Source: Rhizobacter sp. (GTDB lineage: Bacteria > Pseudomonadota > Gammaproteobacteria > Burkholderiales > Burkholderiaceae_C). Taken from it: a stretch of DNA of 59,993 nucleotides. This document shows positions 10,661-24,661 of the stretch, one piece after another; the first letter of the stretch is position 1; each line of letters begins with the position of its first letter. Location: NCBI GenBank assembly GCA_017881025.1, contig JADGRJ010000001.1, positions 1 through 59,993 on the forward strand. Reading direction: 5' to 3'. Under the pieces are notes generated by a model. It had not been told where the DNA came from, did no database searches, and worked only from the letters and a program-made list of their open reading frames with translations. The translations under genes and the position numbers were made by a program.

Positions 10661-11794
10661 ATGTCGATCGCACCGATTCCCGAGCTCGTCGCCGAGCTGG
10701 CCGCCGGCCGGATGGTCATCTTGGTCGACGAGGAAGACCGCGAGAACGAAGGCGACCTCGTCCTCGCCGCCGATCACGTCACGCCGGAAGCGATCAACTT
10801 CATGGCGCGCTTCGCGCGCGGCCTGATCTGCCTGACGCTGACGCGCGAGCGCTGCGAGCGGCTGCAGTTGCCGCCGATGACGGCGAGGAACGGCGCCCAG
10901 CACGGCACCGCGTTCACGGTCTCGATCGAGGCGGCGACCGGCGTCACGACCGGCATCTCGGCCGCCGACCGCGCCCGCACCGTGCAGGCGGCGGTGCGCC
11001 GCGACGCCAAGGCGAGCGACCTGGTCCAGCCCGGCCACATCTTCCCGCTCCAGGCGCAGGACGGCGGCGTCCTCATGCGCGCCGGCCACACCGAAGCCGG
11101 CTGCGATCTCGCCGGCATGGCCGGCCTGACGCCGGCGGCGGTGATCTGCGAGGTGATGAACGACGACGGAACGATGGCGCGCCTCCCGGACCTGATGGGG
11201 TTCGCCGCCGAGCACGGCCTCAAGGTCGGCACGATCGCCAGCCTGATCGAGCACCGCAGCCGCAACGAATCGCTGATCGAGCGCACCGGCACGCGCAAGA
11301 TGCTGACGCAGCAGGGCGAGTTCACCTGCACCGCGTACCACGACCGCACCGGCGGCCTGCACCTCGCCCTCACCCACGGCCGCTGGTCGCCGACCGACGA
11401 AGTGCTGGTGCGCGTGCACGAGCCGCTCTCGGTGCTCGACCTGCTCGACGCCGGCCCGGGCGACCACTCCTGGCCGCTGCCGCGCGCGCTCGCGGCGCTG
11501 CATCGCGGCGAGCGCGGCTGCGCCGTCCTCCTCAACTGCGGCGAAGACGCCGCCGCGCTGCTGCCGCGCGCGCTCGCACGCAGCCGCGGCGCGCGCCAGC
11601 CGTCGCTGCCGATGGACCTGCGCACCTACGGCATCGGCGCGCAGATCCTGCGCGACCTCGGCGTCGGCCGCATGAAGCTGCTCGGCAGCCCGCGGCGCAT
11701 GCCGAGCCTGTTCGGCTACGGCCTCGAAGTGACCGGCTACCTGGCCGACGAGCCCGTCGTCGCATCGGCCCCGGTCGTCCATGCGCAACGCTGA
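10661..11794 (+). CDS. ribB: DHBP synthase fused to a degenerate GTP cyclohydrolase II domain (RibBA/RibBX)
   Basis: [27 protein letters not shown]; C-terminal domain ends [15 protein letters not shown]. Confidence 0.95.
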   Translation: MSIAPIPELVAELAAGRMVILVDEEDRENEGDLVLAADHVTPEAINFMARFARGLICLTLTRERCERLQLPPMTARNGAQHGTAFTVSIEAATGVTTGISAADRARTVQAAVRRDAKASDLVQPGHIFPLQAQDGGVLMRAGHTEAGCDLAGMAGLTPAAVICEVMNDDGTMARLPDLMGFAAEHGLKVGTIASLIEHRSRNESLIERTGTRKMLTQQGEFTCTAYHDRTGGLHLALTHGRWSPTDEVLVRVHEPLSVLDLLDAGPGDHSWPLPRALAALHRGERGCAVLLNCGEDAAALLPRALARSRGARQPSLPMDLRTYGIGAQILRDLGVGRMKLLGSPRRMPSLFGYGLEVTGYLADEPVVASAPVVHAQR

Positions 11795-12245
11795 ACGCGG
11801 CGAGCCGGCGCGCCTCGACGGCCGCGACCTGCGCATCGGCATCGTCCAGGCGCGCTTCAACGCCGAGCTCACCGACGCCATCGCGCGCGCCTGCAGCGCC
11901 GAGCTGATCGCACTCGGCGTCGCGGCGGGCGACATCACCCACGTCACCGTTCCCGGCGCGCTCGAGATCGGCGCCGCCTTGAACGCCCTCGCCGACGCCG
12001 ACGACCACGACGCGCTGGTCGCGATCGGTTGCGTCATCCGCGGCGAGACCTATCACTTCGAGCTCGTCGCCAACGAGAGCGCGGCGGCAGTGACGCGCGT
12101 CGGCATCGATCACGGCATGGCCATCGCCAACGCGATCCTCACCTGCGACACGCCGGCGCAGGCCGAAGCGCGCGCCGGCGAGAAGGGCCGCGACGCGGCC
12201 CGCGTCGCGGTCGAGATGGCCAACCTGCTCGACGAGCTGTCGTGA
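11781..12245 (+). CDS. ribH: 6,7-dimethyl-8-ribityllumazine synthase
   Basis: [29 protein letters not shown]. Confidence 0.97.
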   Translation: MRNAERGEPARLDGRDLRIGIVQARFNAELTDAIARACSAELIALGVAAGDITHVTVPGALEIGAALNALADADDHDALVAIGCVIRGETYHFELVANESAAAVTRVGIDHGMAIANAILTCDTPAQAEARAGEKGRDAARVAVEMANLLDELS

Positions 12246-12328
12246 TGAGCGGCCCCGCACGGCCGCTCCGAAGGGGCCGCTCCGTCCCGCTTGGCGGGAC
12301 CGCGCGCAGCGCGAGGGTGCCCAGGTGA
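12245..12328 (+). repeat. REP-like palindromic element between ribH and nusB that forms a 27-codon mini-ORF
   Basis: Hairpin GTCCCGC-TTG-GCGGGAC; layout similar to the element at 14775-14845 (reverse strand); ATG 12245 to TGA 12328. Confidence 0.55.
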
Positions 12329-12828
12329 CCGGCGAGGAAGCGGCAACGCCCGATCGGCGCCCGCGTCAGGGCGCTCGCCGCGCGGCGCCGAAGTCGGCGC
12401 GGCGCAAGGCGCGCGAGTTCGCGCTGCAGGGACTCTACGAGTGGCTCCTCGGCGGCGCCGATGCCGGCGTCGTCGATGCGCATGTGCGCGAACAGGACGG
12501 CTTCGACAAGTGCGACGTCGCCTACTTCGACCTGCTCCTGCACGGCGCGATCCGCGAGGCCGCGGCGATCGACGCGGTGCTGGCCGGCCACATCGATCGC
12601 AAGGCCGAGCTGCTCTCGCCGGTCGAGCACGCGGCGCTCATGATCGGCACCTTCGAGCTGATGAGCTGCGTCGAGGTGCCCTACAAGGTCGCGATCAACG
12701 AAGCGGTCGAGCTGGCGAAAAGCTTCGGCGGCACCGACGGCCACAAGTACGTCAACGGCGTCCTCGACAAGGCCGCCGCGGACCTGCGCCGCGCCGAGGT
12801 CGAGGCGGCGCGCGCGGCGCGCGGCTGA
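12325..12828 (+). CDS. nusB: Transcription antitermination factor NusB
   Basis: [42 protein letters not shown]. Confidence 0.98.
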   Translation: MTGEEAATPDRRPRQGARRAAPKSARRKAREFALQGLYEWLLGGADAGVVDAHVREQDGFDKCDVAYFDLLLHGAIREAAAIDAVLAGHIDRKAELLSPVEHAALMIGTFELMSCVEVPYKVAINEAVELAKSFGGTDGHKYVNGVLDKAAADLRRAEVEAARAARG

Positions 12829-12977
12829 CGGCGCGAACGCACCGTTCCGGCGTCGCTGTGGCGCCGACGCGGCAGAGGCGTGACACGCCCTCGGTCATTG
12901 GTGAACTTGTGTTACGAACGTAGGCGCGCGAGCGTTTTTCACGGTCCCGCGGCAATCGGCTCACTTAAGCTGGCGCG

Positions 12978-14768
12978 GTGAGCAGTTCGCCCCCGCCTAC
13001 CCTTCCTCCCGCCGAGTCCGAGCCTGCCCCGGCGGCGAGTCTTCCCGGCGTCGCGCTCTGGAGCGATTCCGATCCGCCGCCGGTGGCGGGAACGACGCCG
13101 GTCGCGTTCAGCGGCCTCGTCGCGTCGCCGGCCGACCGGGTGATGCCGACGATCGGCCACATCGGCCGCTACGCGCTCAAGTACCAGCTCGGCGAAGGCG
13201 GCCTTGGCACGGTCTTCGCGGCGCACGATCCGCTGCTGTCGCGCCTGATCGCGGTGAAGACGCTGAACGTGAAGGTCGCCGACGACGAGCGCGAGTCGTT
13301 CAACGCGTTGTTCCTGAACGAAGCCCGCGCTGCCGGCGGCCTCAGCCACCCGCACATCGTCACCGTCTTCGATGCCGGCATCAGCGACGAGCGCGCCTAC
13401 ATCGCGATGGAGCTGCTCAAGGGCCGCGACCTGCGCCAGCTGCGCCAGGAAGGCTGGCGGGCGACGCCGGCGCAAGCGGCGCTGATCATCCGCCGCGTCG
13501 CCGACGCGCTCGCCTTCGCCCATTCGAAGGGCGTGATCCATCGCGACATCAAGCCGGCCAACATCTTCATGGTCGGCCGCACGCAACCGCGCGTGCTCGA
13601 CTTCGGCATCGCCCGCGTCGCCCACCAGCAGGAAAGCACCGACCCGCACTCCGGTGCCGGCTCGCCCTACTACATGGCGCCCGAGCAGGTGCGGCGCGAG
13701 CTCGCCGACCGGCGCGCCGACGTGTTCTCGCTCGGCGTCGTCCTCTACGAGCTGCTCACCGACGTCAAGCCGTTTCACGGCGAGTCGCTGGCGCAGATCC
13801 GCGAAGCCGTGCTTCACCACGAGCCGCCGCTGGCGAGCAAGGTCGACCCGACGGTGCCGAAAGCGCTGGCCGCGATCACCGCACGGGCGATGGCGAAGGA
13901 TCCCGAGCAGCGCTTCCGTTCGGCGCGCTCGTTCGCGCGCGAGCTGCGTCAATGGCTCGACGACAACCCGGCCAGCGCCGACGGCGAGAAGACCGCGCCG
14001 GCCACGCCGCCGGAGCCCAAGCGCACGCGCGTCATGCTCGGCGCGGCCGCAGCCGCCGCTGTCGCCGCGCTGACGGCGGCGATCGCGACGTGGGTCGTGC
14101 TGGCGCCGGCCGCGCCGGCGCTGGCGGAAGCGAGCCCGGCGCGCGTCGAGGCGAGGGAGACGCCACCCGCCGCCGAGACCCTTGTCGCCGAGTCGACGCA
14201 GGCGCCGACCGCGCCTGCGAGCCTCATGGTCACGGCTGCCGCGCCGACGCCACTTGCCACACCCACGACGACGCCGGACACGAACGTCGCGGCGACGACG
14301 CCGCAGGTCGCCGAGCCCGCGCCGGCGACCACACCGGCGACCGCGCCGGCCGCCGCGGTTCCGTCACCCAAGGCGCCTCACACGCCCGTCGTCGCGGCGC
14401 TGCAAGCGCCGGCAGGAACCGTCAAGCCCGCCGCCGCGACGACGACGACGCCGCCGCGCGAGTCGGCGAAGGATCGCAAGGCGCGCGAAGGCCGCGAGCG
14501 CGAAGCGCGCGAGAACGACGCTCGCGTCGCTGCCGCGGCCAAGCTCGTCGCGCCGCTGACCGGCACGGTGAGGATCGCGATCAGCCCGTGGGGCCTGGTC
14601 GAGGTCGATGGCGCGCCGTCGGGCGCGGCGCCGCCGATCACCGAGCTCACGCTCGCCGAAGGCCGGCACCAAATCGTCGTCCGCAACGGCGACTACGCGC
14701 CCTACACGGCGTCGGTCAACGTGACGGCGGGGCAGACGATCTCCGTGCGCCACAAGTTCGGTTCGTGA
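12978..14768 (+). CDS. Membrane Hanks-type Ser/Thr kinase with Pro/Thr/Ala linker and C-terminal PEGA-like domain
   Basis: GEGGLGTV, VAVK-like IAVK, HRDIKPAN, DFG, GSPYYMAPE; TM helix; ISPWGLVEVDG...PP...GRHQIVVRN. Confidence 0.92.
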   Translation: MSSSPPPTLPPAESEPAPAASLPGVALWSDSDPPPVAGTTPVAFSGLVASPADRVMPTIGHIGRYALKYQLGEGGLGTVFAAHDPLLSRLIAVKTLNVKVADDERESFNALFLNEARAAGGLSHPHIVTVFDAGISDERAYIAMELLKGRDLRQLRQEGWRATPAQAALIIRRVADALAFAHSKGVIHRDIKPANIFMVGRTQPRVLDFGIARVAHQQESTDPHSGAGSPYYMAPEQVRRELADRRADVFSLGVVLYELLTDVKPFHGESLAQIREAVLHHEPPLASKVDPTVPKALAAITARAMAKDPEQRFRSARSFARELRQWLDDNPASADGEKTAPATPPEPKRTRVMLGAAAAAAVAALTAAIATWVVLAPAAPALAEASPARVEARETPPAAETLVAESTQAPTAPASLMVTAAAPTPLATPTTTPDTNVAATTPQVAEPAPATTPATAPAAAVPSPKAPHTPVVAALQAPAGTVKPAAATTTTPPRESAKDRKAREGREREARENDARVAAAAKLVAPLTGTVRIAISPWGLVEVDGAPSGAAPPITELTLAEGRHQIVVRNGDYAPYTASVNVTAGQTISVRHKFGS

Positions 14769-14774
14769 CTGGTG

Positions 14775-14845
14775 GGGGCCCCCCGCTCACTGCGTTCACT
14801 GCCCCCCGAGGGGGCGGCAACGCCCTTGGGGCAGCCCGGCGGGCG
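14775..14845. repeat. REP-like palindromic element (GCCCCCCGAGGGGGC hairpin plus CCTTGGGGCAGCCCGGCG), a style recalled from Burkholderiales genomes
   Basis: Hairpin directly visible; family assignment from memory. Confidence 0.65.
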
Positions 14846-14863
14846 TTGCACGCGCGGATCTGG

Positions 14864-15244
14864 ATGCGTCTGCGCGTCGCGATAGCATCGGCCGCCTGGC
14901 TGCTCACCGCCTGCATGCAGGCGGCGCCGCCGCTCGGCCTTCTCGACGTCAGCGCCCGGCCGGCGGAGCGAGCCCTCCTGGCCGGACTCAAGGCCTATGA
15001 CGACGCCCAATACGAACCTGCCGACCGCCTCTTCCGCGAAGCCCTCGGCGCCGGCCTGGCCTCGCCGCGCGACCGCGCCGAGGCCCACAAGCGGCTCGCC
15101 TTCATCCACTGCGCGGCCGGCCGTCTCCCCGACTGCGAGCTCGAGTTCAGGCTCGCGCGCCAGGCCGACCGCAACTTCGCGCTCGACAAGTCCGAGGCCG
15201 GCCACCCGGTCTGGGGCCCGGTCTACAAGAAGCTGCAGCCCTGA
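14864..15244 (+). CDS. TssQ-like TPR lipoprotein (alternative in-frame GTG start at 14765)
   Basis: Lipobox LTAC; AHKRLAFIHC...FALDKSEAGHPVWGPVY signature. Confidence 0.75.
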   Translation: MRLRVAIASAAWLLTACMQAAPPLGLLDVSARPAERALLAGLKAYDDAQYEPADRLFREALGAGLASPRDRAEAHKRLAFIHCAAGRLPDCELEFRLARQADRNFALDKSEAGHPVWGPVYKKLQP

Positions 15245-15280
15245 GGCGCGGCGCTCCCCGTCCGCGCGCGAGTCGGCGCG

Positions 15281-15691
15281 ATGAGGCGAAGCGAAGCCGT
15301 CTTCAGCGTGGCGATGCGCATCTACTGGGAAGACACCGACGCCGCCGGCATCGTCTTCTACGCCAACTACCTGAAGTTCTTCGAGCGCGCCCGCACCGAG
15401 TGGCTGCGCGGGCTCGGCTTCGGCCAGGAGGCGCTGCGAACGGGCGCCGGCATCGCCTTCGTCGTCAGCGAGACGAAGCTCAGGTATCGTCGCCCGGCGC
15501 GCCTCGACGACGTCATCGACGTCAGCGTCGCCGTCGTCCACCTCGGCCAGGCGAGCCTTGAGATCGCGCAAGAGGCGCGCCGGGCCGGTGAATTGCTGGC
15601 CGAGGGCACGATCCGCATCGGCTGCGTCGAGCTTGGAACTTTCCGCCCCTGCCGCATCCCCAACGACATTCGCCTCTCACTTCATCGATGA
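15281..15691 (+). CDS. ybgC: Tol-Pal-associated acyl-CoA thioesterase
   Basis: RIYWEDTDAAGIVFYANYLKFFERARTEWLR; precedes tolQ. Confidence 0.95.
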   Translation: MRRSEAVFSVAMRIYWEDTDAAGIVFYANYLKFFERARTEWLRGLGFGQEALRTGAGIAFVVSETKLRYRRPARLDDVIDVSVAVVHLGQASLEIAQEARRAGELLAEGTIRIGCVELGTFRPCRIPNDIRLSLHR

Positions 15692-16404
15692 ACCAGGATC
15701 TCTCGATCGTCACGCTCGTGCTGCACGCGAGCCTCGTCGTGCAGGTGGTGATGGCGGGGCTGATGGTCGCGTCGCTCGCCAGCTGGACCGTCATCTTCGG
15801 CAAGCTCTTCGGCCTGCGCCGCACCAAGGCCGCCAACGACGAGTTCGAGCGCGAGTTCTGGGCCGGCCGCAACCTCAACGACCTCTACACCGACGCGACC
15901 AAGCGGGTCGGCGACGCGCCGATGGAGCGCATCTTCGCCTCGGGAATGCGCGAGTTCTTCAAGCTGCGCGAGAAGCGCGTCATGGACACCGGCGCCCTGC
16001 TCGACGGCGCGCGCCGGGCGATGCGGGCGAGCTTCCAACGCGAGCTCGACGCGATCGAGTCGAACCTGTCGTTCCTCGCCTCGGTCGGCTCGGTGTCGCC
16101 GTACGTCGGCCTGTTCGGCACGGTCTGGGGAATCATGCACGCGTTCATCGGCCTGTCGAACATGACGCAGGTGACCCTCGCCACGGTCGCGCCGGGGATC
16201 GCCGAGGCGCTGGTCGCCACCGCGATCGGCCTGTTCGCGGCGATCCCGGCGGTGATCGCCTACAACCGCTTCGCGCGCGACATCGACCGCATCGCCGGCC
16301 AGCTCGAGAGCTTCATCGAGGAGTTCTCGAACATCCTGCAGCGAAACGCCGGCGCGATGCCGGCGCCGGTGCCCGCGCCGCCGGCAGTGAGTGCGACGCG
16401 CTGA
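15688..16404 (+). CDS. tolQ: TolQ
   Basis: SPYVGLFGTVWGIM, VAPGIAEALVATAIGLFAAIPAV. Confidence 0.97.
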   Translation: MNQDLSIVTLVLHASLVVQVVMAGLMVASLASWTVIFGKLFGLRRTKAANDEFEREFWAGRNLNDLYTDATKRVGDAPMERIFASGMREFFKLREKRVMDTGALLDGARRAMRASFQRELDAIESNLSFLASVGSVSPYVGLFGTVWGIMHAFIGLSNMTQVTLATVAPGIAEALVATAIGLFAAIPAVIAYNRFARDIDRIAGQLESFIEEFSNILQRNAGAMPAPVPAPPAVSATR

Positions 16405-16414
16405 GGCCGACGAC

Positions 16415-16846
<432 letters not shown>

Positions 16847-16866
16847 GCGCGGCGAACGGTGAGCTG

Positions 16867-17751
16867 ATGAACACCGCCGTTCTCGAGCGCGACCTGTTCG
16901 CGCCGCAGCAGCCGCCGGGCATGCGCTCCGGCCTCGCGCTGGCGATCCTGGCTCACGTCCTCCTGGTCATCGCCCTCACCTTTGGCGTCAACTGGAAGGC
17001 GAGCGAGCCCGAGGGCGTCGTCGCCGAGCTCTGGTCGGCGCTGCCGCAAACCGCGGCGCCGCGCGTGGCGCCACCCGAGCCGAAGCCCGAGCCGGTGCTC
17101 GCGCCCAAGCCGGCGCCGGTCGTCAAGCCCGAGCCGGCGCCGCCGCCGCGCCCCGACGCGCAGATCGCGATCGAACGCGCCGCGCGCGAGCGCGCCCGCC
17201 GCGAGGAAGCCGAGCGCGTCGAGGCGGCGCGCCAGGCCGAGCTGCGCAAGCGCGAAGACGCCAAGCGCGAAGACGCCAAGCGCGCCGAGGCGAAGCGGGC
17301 CGAGGCCGAGCGCCAGCGCGTCGCGAGCGAACAGGCCGACAAGAAGCAGCTCGCCGAGCAGGCCAAGAAGGACGAGGCGCGCCAGGCGGCGATCCGCGAG
17401 GCCAACCTGCGCCGCATGATGAGCCAGGCCGGCACGAGCGACGACCCAGCCGCGGCCGGCAACGCGGCGCGCACCTCGGGTCCCTCGGCGAGCTATGCCG
17501 GACGCATCAGGGCGCGCATCAAGCCGAACATCGTCCTCACCACGACCGTCGCAGGGAACCCGTCGGCGACGGTCGAGGTCAAGGTCGCGCCCGACGGCAC
17601 GATCGTCGCCAGGAAGCTCGTGACGAGCAGCGGCTCGGCGGCGTGGGACGAGACCGTGCTGCGCGCGATCGACAAGACCGAGGTGCTGCCCAAGGACACC
17701 GACGGGCGCGTGCCGCCGGCGATCAGCATCACCTTTCGACCGCTCGACTAG
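16867..17751 (+). CDS. tolA: TolA
   Basis: TM with conserved His, Pro-rich and A/E/K/R helical linker, C-terminal TonB_C-like YAGRIRARIKPNI...WDETVLRAI. Confidence 0.9.
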   Translation: MNTAVLERDLFAPQQPPGMRSGLALAILAHVLLVIALTFGVNWKASEPEGVVAELWSALPQTAAPRVAPPEPKPEPVLAPKPAPVVKPEPAPPPRPDAQIAIERAARERARREEAERVEAARQAELRKREDAKREDAKRAEAKRAEAERQRVASEQADKKQLAEQAKKDEARQAAIREANLRRMMSQAGTSDDPAAAGNAARTSGPSASYAGRIRARIKPNIVLTTTVAGNPSATVEVKVAPDGTIVARKLVTSSGSAAWDETVLRAIDKTEVLPKDTDGRVPPAISITFRPLD

Positions 17752-17781
17752 CGGGAGCGCGCCGGCTAAGACGAGGGCGCG

Positions 17782-18534
17782 CTAGGGCTCGAGCGAGACG
17801 CCGCTCACGTAGGCGACGCTGTGACTCTGAGTGTTGTCGGCGTCGGCGCCGACGGCGATGCCGACGATCGGCGGCACGACCTTGCTCTCGTCGCCGAAGA
17901 GCTTCATGAAATCAGCGCCGACGTCGCGCCGCTCGGCGACCCACTTGTTGAGGCGGTCGGTGCCGGACTCGAGGACGATGTAGCGCATGCGCCGCGTGAA
18001 CGCGTTGTCGAGCGTCGTGCCGGCGGGCAAGTTCGCATCCCAGACGTAGCAGACCGTCGCGGCCGGCACCGGCTCCTCCGACTTGGAGCGGCCGACGCGA
18101 AGCAATTGCCGCTCGGTGAACGAGAGGCTCTCGATCGGCAGGTCGAAGAAGACGCAGACCTTCACCGCGGTGTCGTCGCCGCGGCGCTGCCGCAGGTCGG
18201 CGGCCTCGATCGGCTTTTCGATCCGCCATTGCCAGACGAGGTGCGCGGGAGCGGCGTACTCCTTGAGCGGGTGCACCAAGTTGCCGTACGACAGGTCGGC
18301 CTCGATCTTGACCGCCCGCTTGCCGTCGATGTCGACGACGGAAAAGCGCGTGAACGGCTTGGTCTGCTGCGGCAGGCCGACCACGTGCCACGGCACGGCC
18401 GGCGCGCCGCCGGCGGCGCCGAGCGGCGCAAGCGCCGGCTCGGCCGCGAACGCGCTGCCGGCGGCGAGGAGGAGGAAGGCAAACGCCGGCACGAAGTGCC
18501 GGCGCAGCGGCGAGGCGCGGAGGTCGAAGCTCAT
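17782..18534 (-). CDS. DUF3047 family exported protein
   Basis: Signal peptide; GDDTAVKVCVFFD, TVCYVWD, IAVGADADNT. Confidence 0.75.
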   Translation of the reverse strand: MSFDLRASPLRRHFVPAFAFLLLAAGSAFAAEPALAPLGAAGGAPAVPWHVVGLPQQTKPFTRFSVVDIDGKRAVKIEADLSYGNLVHPLKEYAAPAHLVWQWRIEKPIEAADLRQRRGDDTAVKVCVFFDLPIESLSFTERQLLRVGRSKSEEPVPAATVCYVWDANLPAGTTLDNAFTRRMRYIVLESGTDRLNKWVAERRDVGADFMKLFGDESKVVPPIVGIAVGADADNTQSHSVAYVSGVSLEP

Positions 18535-18566
18535 GCCCCGAGTGTCGCCGCTCGGTGCCGTGCTTG

Positions 18567-22267
<3,701 letters not shown>

Positions 22268-22271
<4 letters not shown>

Positions 22272-22957
22272 GGCGTGCTCCGGTTCGTCGTCGCCGCGGC
22301 GAGCCGCGCGTTGACCAGCGTCGTGATGTCGTGCACCGGAAGGCCGGTCGCGGAACGGACGGCGTCGGCATACGGCGGCATGTTGGTGCACTCGAGAACG
22401 ATCGTCGTGACCTCTGGGTGGCGCGCGATGAGGCGCTGCGCTGCCGCCACCGTCGCGCGCTCGGCCTCGTCGATGTCGAGCTCGGCGCGATCCTCGAGCA
22501 CCGTGGTGCGGAAACGGGAGTCGAGCGCGAGCCCTTCGAGTGGCGTGTCGGCGCACGCACCGACCGCGCGCAGATGGTCGGCCGTGAGCGAGGCGGCATC
22601 GGCCGTGACGACGCCGACGCGGCGGCCGTCGCGCCATCCGGCCTCGATCTCGGCGACGAGAAGCAGGCTCGACGTCCACACCGGCACGGCGAGAGCGGCC
22701 GCCATCTCCTCCTGGAAGAGGGCGAGGAAACCGCAGCTCGTCGTCACCGCGGCGACGCCGTCGCGTTCGAGCGCGCGCGCCGCGTCGATGAACGGCGCGA
22801 GCAGCGCCCGGTCGCGCTCGACGACGACGCGCCGCGGCGAGGCGCCGCGCACGGTGCGGTAGCGGACCGGAAAGGCGAACGTCGCCGCGTTGCCGATGTC
22901 GCCGCGCGGGCGCGGGAAGCGCGTCTCGAGCATCACGACGCCGAGGCGTGCGATCAC
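22268..22957 (-). CDS. Asp/Glu/hydantoin racemase family protein
   Basis: TRFPRPRGDIGN, TTSCGFL and LECTNM cysteine motifs; GTG overlaps the MarR stop. Confidence 0.8.
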
Positions 22958-23502
22958 AAGGAGGTCGCCGCGCGCGCGGCCTGGTCGTACAGACCGGACA
23001 TGGTCCGCAGCAGGCGCGCGCTCTCGCCGATGTCGGCGTTGCGCTCGGCGTCGAGGTTGGCGATCAGGCACGCCTCGCGCACCTCGCGGTACTTCGCGAC
23101 CGCCGTCTCGCCCGTCGCTGTCGGGCTGTAGAAGACTTCCTTGCCGACCCGCTCGCCGTGCGCCAGGCCCGCCGCCAGGAGCTTCTTCAGCGAGTAGCCG
23201 ACGACGTGCGTGTCCTCGACGTTGAGGACGAAGCAGATGTCGCCGACCTTCTTGTTGCGCGCGCGGTGGCAGATGTGATGCAGCACGAGAACGTCGGTGA
23301 TCGTCAGCTCGGGGCAGCCGGCGGCGGCCATGCAGCGCACGGCCCAGCGTGAGAACGCGTTCCAGGCGACGATGAGGCCGAACTCGAGCTCCGAGAGCTC
23401 GACGCTCTTGGCCGAGACCAGGTGCGACGACGAGACGATGCCGGCCGACCTGGCCTTGCGCGGCGCGGATCGGGCCGGCAGCGGCGCGACCTTCGAAGAC
23501 AT
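22954..23502 (-). CDS. MarR-like winged-helix regulator
   Basis: IVSSSHL...ELSELEFGL...ICFVLNVEDTHVVGYSLKKL. Confidence 0.8.
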   Translation of the reverse strand: MSSKVAPLPARSAPRKARSAGIVSSSHLVSAKSVELSELEFGLIVAWNAFSRWAVRCMAAAGCPELTITDVLVLHHICHRARNKKVGDICFVLNVEDTHVVGYSLKKLLAAGLAHGERVGKEVFYSPTATGETAVAKYREVREACLIANLDAERNADIGESARLLRTMSGLYDQAARAATSL

Positions 23503-23532
23503 CGGGCGTTCCCTCGAAACGTTGAAAACTTA

Positions 23533-23562
23533 TTGACAATTTATCTCCATCCTTCCTAGACT
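23533..23562 (+). promoter_or_regulatory. Sigma70 promoter for the TRAP operon
   Basis: TTGACA-18 bp-TAGACT in an AT-rich patch; overlapping GTTGAAAACT/ATTGACAATT repeat may be the MarR operator. Confidence 0.6.
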
Positions 23563-23650
23563 GCAAGCGCCTCGGGCAAGAACCGATGTCCGATGCCCGA
23601 GGCCGCTCTATGCTTTTCCGCTTCCCATTCAACCGCTGGCCGGAGTGCTC

Positions 23651-24646
23651 ATGAAACTTCTCGTCCGTCTTCATTCGGTCCTGGCCGGCCTCGGCGCCGC
23701 CGCGGCGATGGCCGTCGTCTCGACCACGGCCCATGCTCAGGCCAAGTGGGACCTGCCCGCCGCCTACCCGGCGACGAACTACCACACCGAAAACCTGGTC
23801 CAGTTCGCCAACGACGTCGACAAGGTGACCGGCGGCAAGCTGAAGATCACGGTCCATCCCAACGCGTCGCTGTTCAAGGCCGACCAGATCAAGCGCGCCG
23901 TCCAGGGCGGGCAAGCCCAGATCGGCGAGGTGCTGCTCGTCAACTTCCAGAACGAATGGCAGTTGTTCGGCATCGACGGCCTGCCGTTCCTCGCCGACAG
24001 CTACGCCGATTCGATGAAGCTCTACAAGGCGAGCAAGCCGGCGCTCGAGAAGAAGCTCGCCGAGCAGGGACTCATGCTGCTCTACACGGTGCCGTGGCCG
24101 CCGCAGGGCATCTACGTCAAGAAGCCGATCGCCTCGGCTGCCGACCTGAAGGGCGTCAAGTGGCGCGCCTACAGCCCGGCGACGGCGCGCATCGCCGAGC
24201 TCGTCGGCGCCCAGCCGGTGACGGTGCAGGCCGCTGAGCTGTCGCAGGCGCTGGCGACCGGCGTCGTCGAGAGCTACATGTCGTCGGGCTCGACCGGCTA
24301 CGACAGCAAGACCTACGAGCACATCAAGTACTGGTACGACACGCAGGCCTGGCTTCCGAAGAACGCCGTCCTCGTCAACAAGGCAGCTTTCGATGCCTTG
24401 GACAAGGCATCGCAAGCTGCGCTGTTGAAGGCCGGTGCCGACGCCGAGACGCGGGGCTGGGCGCTCTCGCAGCAGAAGAACGGCGAGTACATCGACCTGC
24501 TGAAGAAGAACGGCATGACGATCCTGCCGCCGTCGCCGCAGCTCAAGGCCGACATGAAGAAGGTCGGCGACACGATGCTGAAGGAATGGCTCGACAAGGC
24601 CGGCCCCGAAGGCCAGGCCGTCGTCGACGCCTACAAGAAGCTCTAG
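23651..24646 (+). CDS. dctP: TRAP transporter substrate-binding protein (possibly pyroglutamate)
   Basis: Signal peptide, KWDLPAAYP, DLKGVKWRAY. Confidence 0.9.
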   Translation: MKLLVRLHSVLAGLGAAAAMAVVSTTAHAQAKWDLPAAYPATNYHTENLVQFANDVDKVTGGKLKITVHPNASLFKADQIKRAVQGGQAQIGEVLLVNFQNEWQLFGIDGLPFLADSYADSMKLYKASKPALEKKLAEQGLMLLYTVPWPPQGIYVKKPIASAADLKGVKWRAYSPATARIAELVGAQPVTVQAAELSQALATGVVESYMSSGSTGYDSKTYEHIKYWYDTQAWLPKNAVLVNKAAFDALDKASQAALLKAGADAETRGWALSQQKNGEYIDLLKKNGMTILPPSPQLKADMKKVGDTMLKEWLDKAGPEGQAVVDAYKKL

Positions 24647-24661
24647 ACGCGGGCACGGCCG

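Noticed and set aside
17248-17310. Tandem AAGCGCGAAGACGCC repeats
   Set aside because: Ordinary coding repeats of the TolA helical linker
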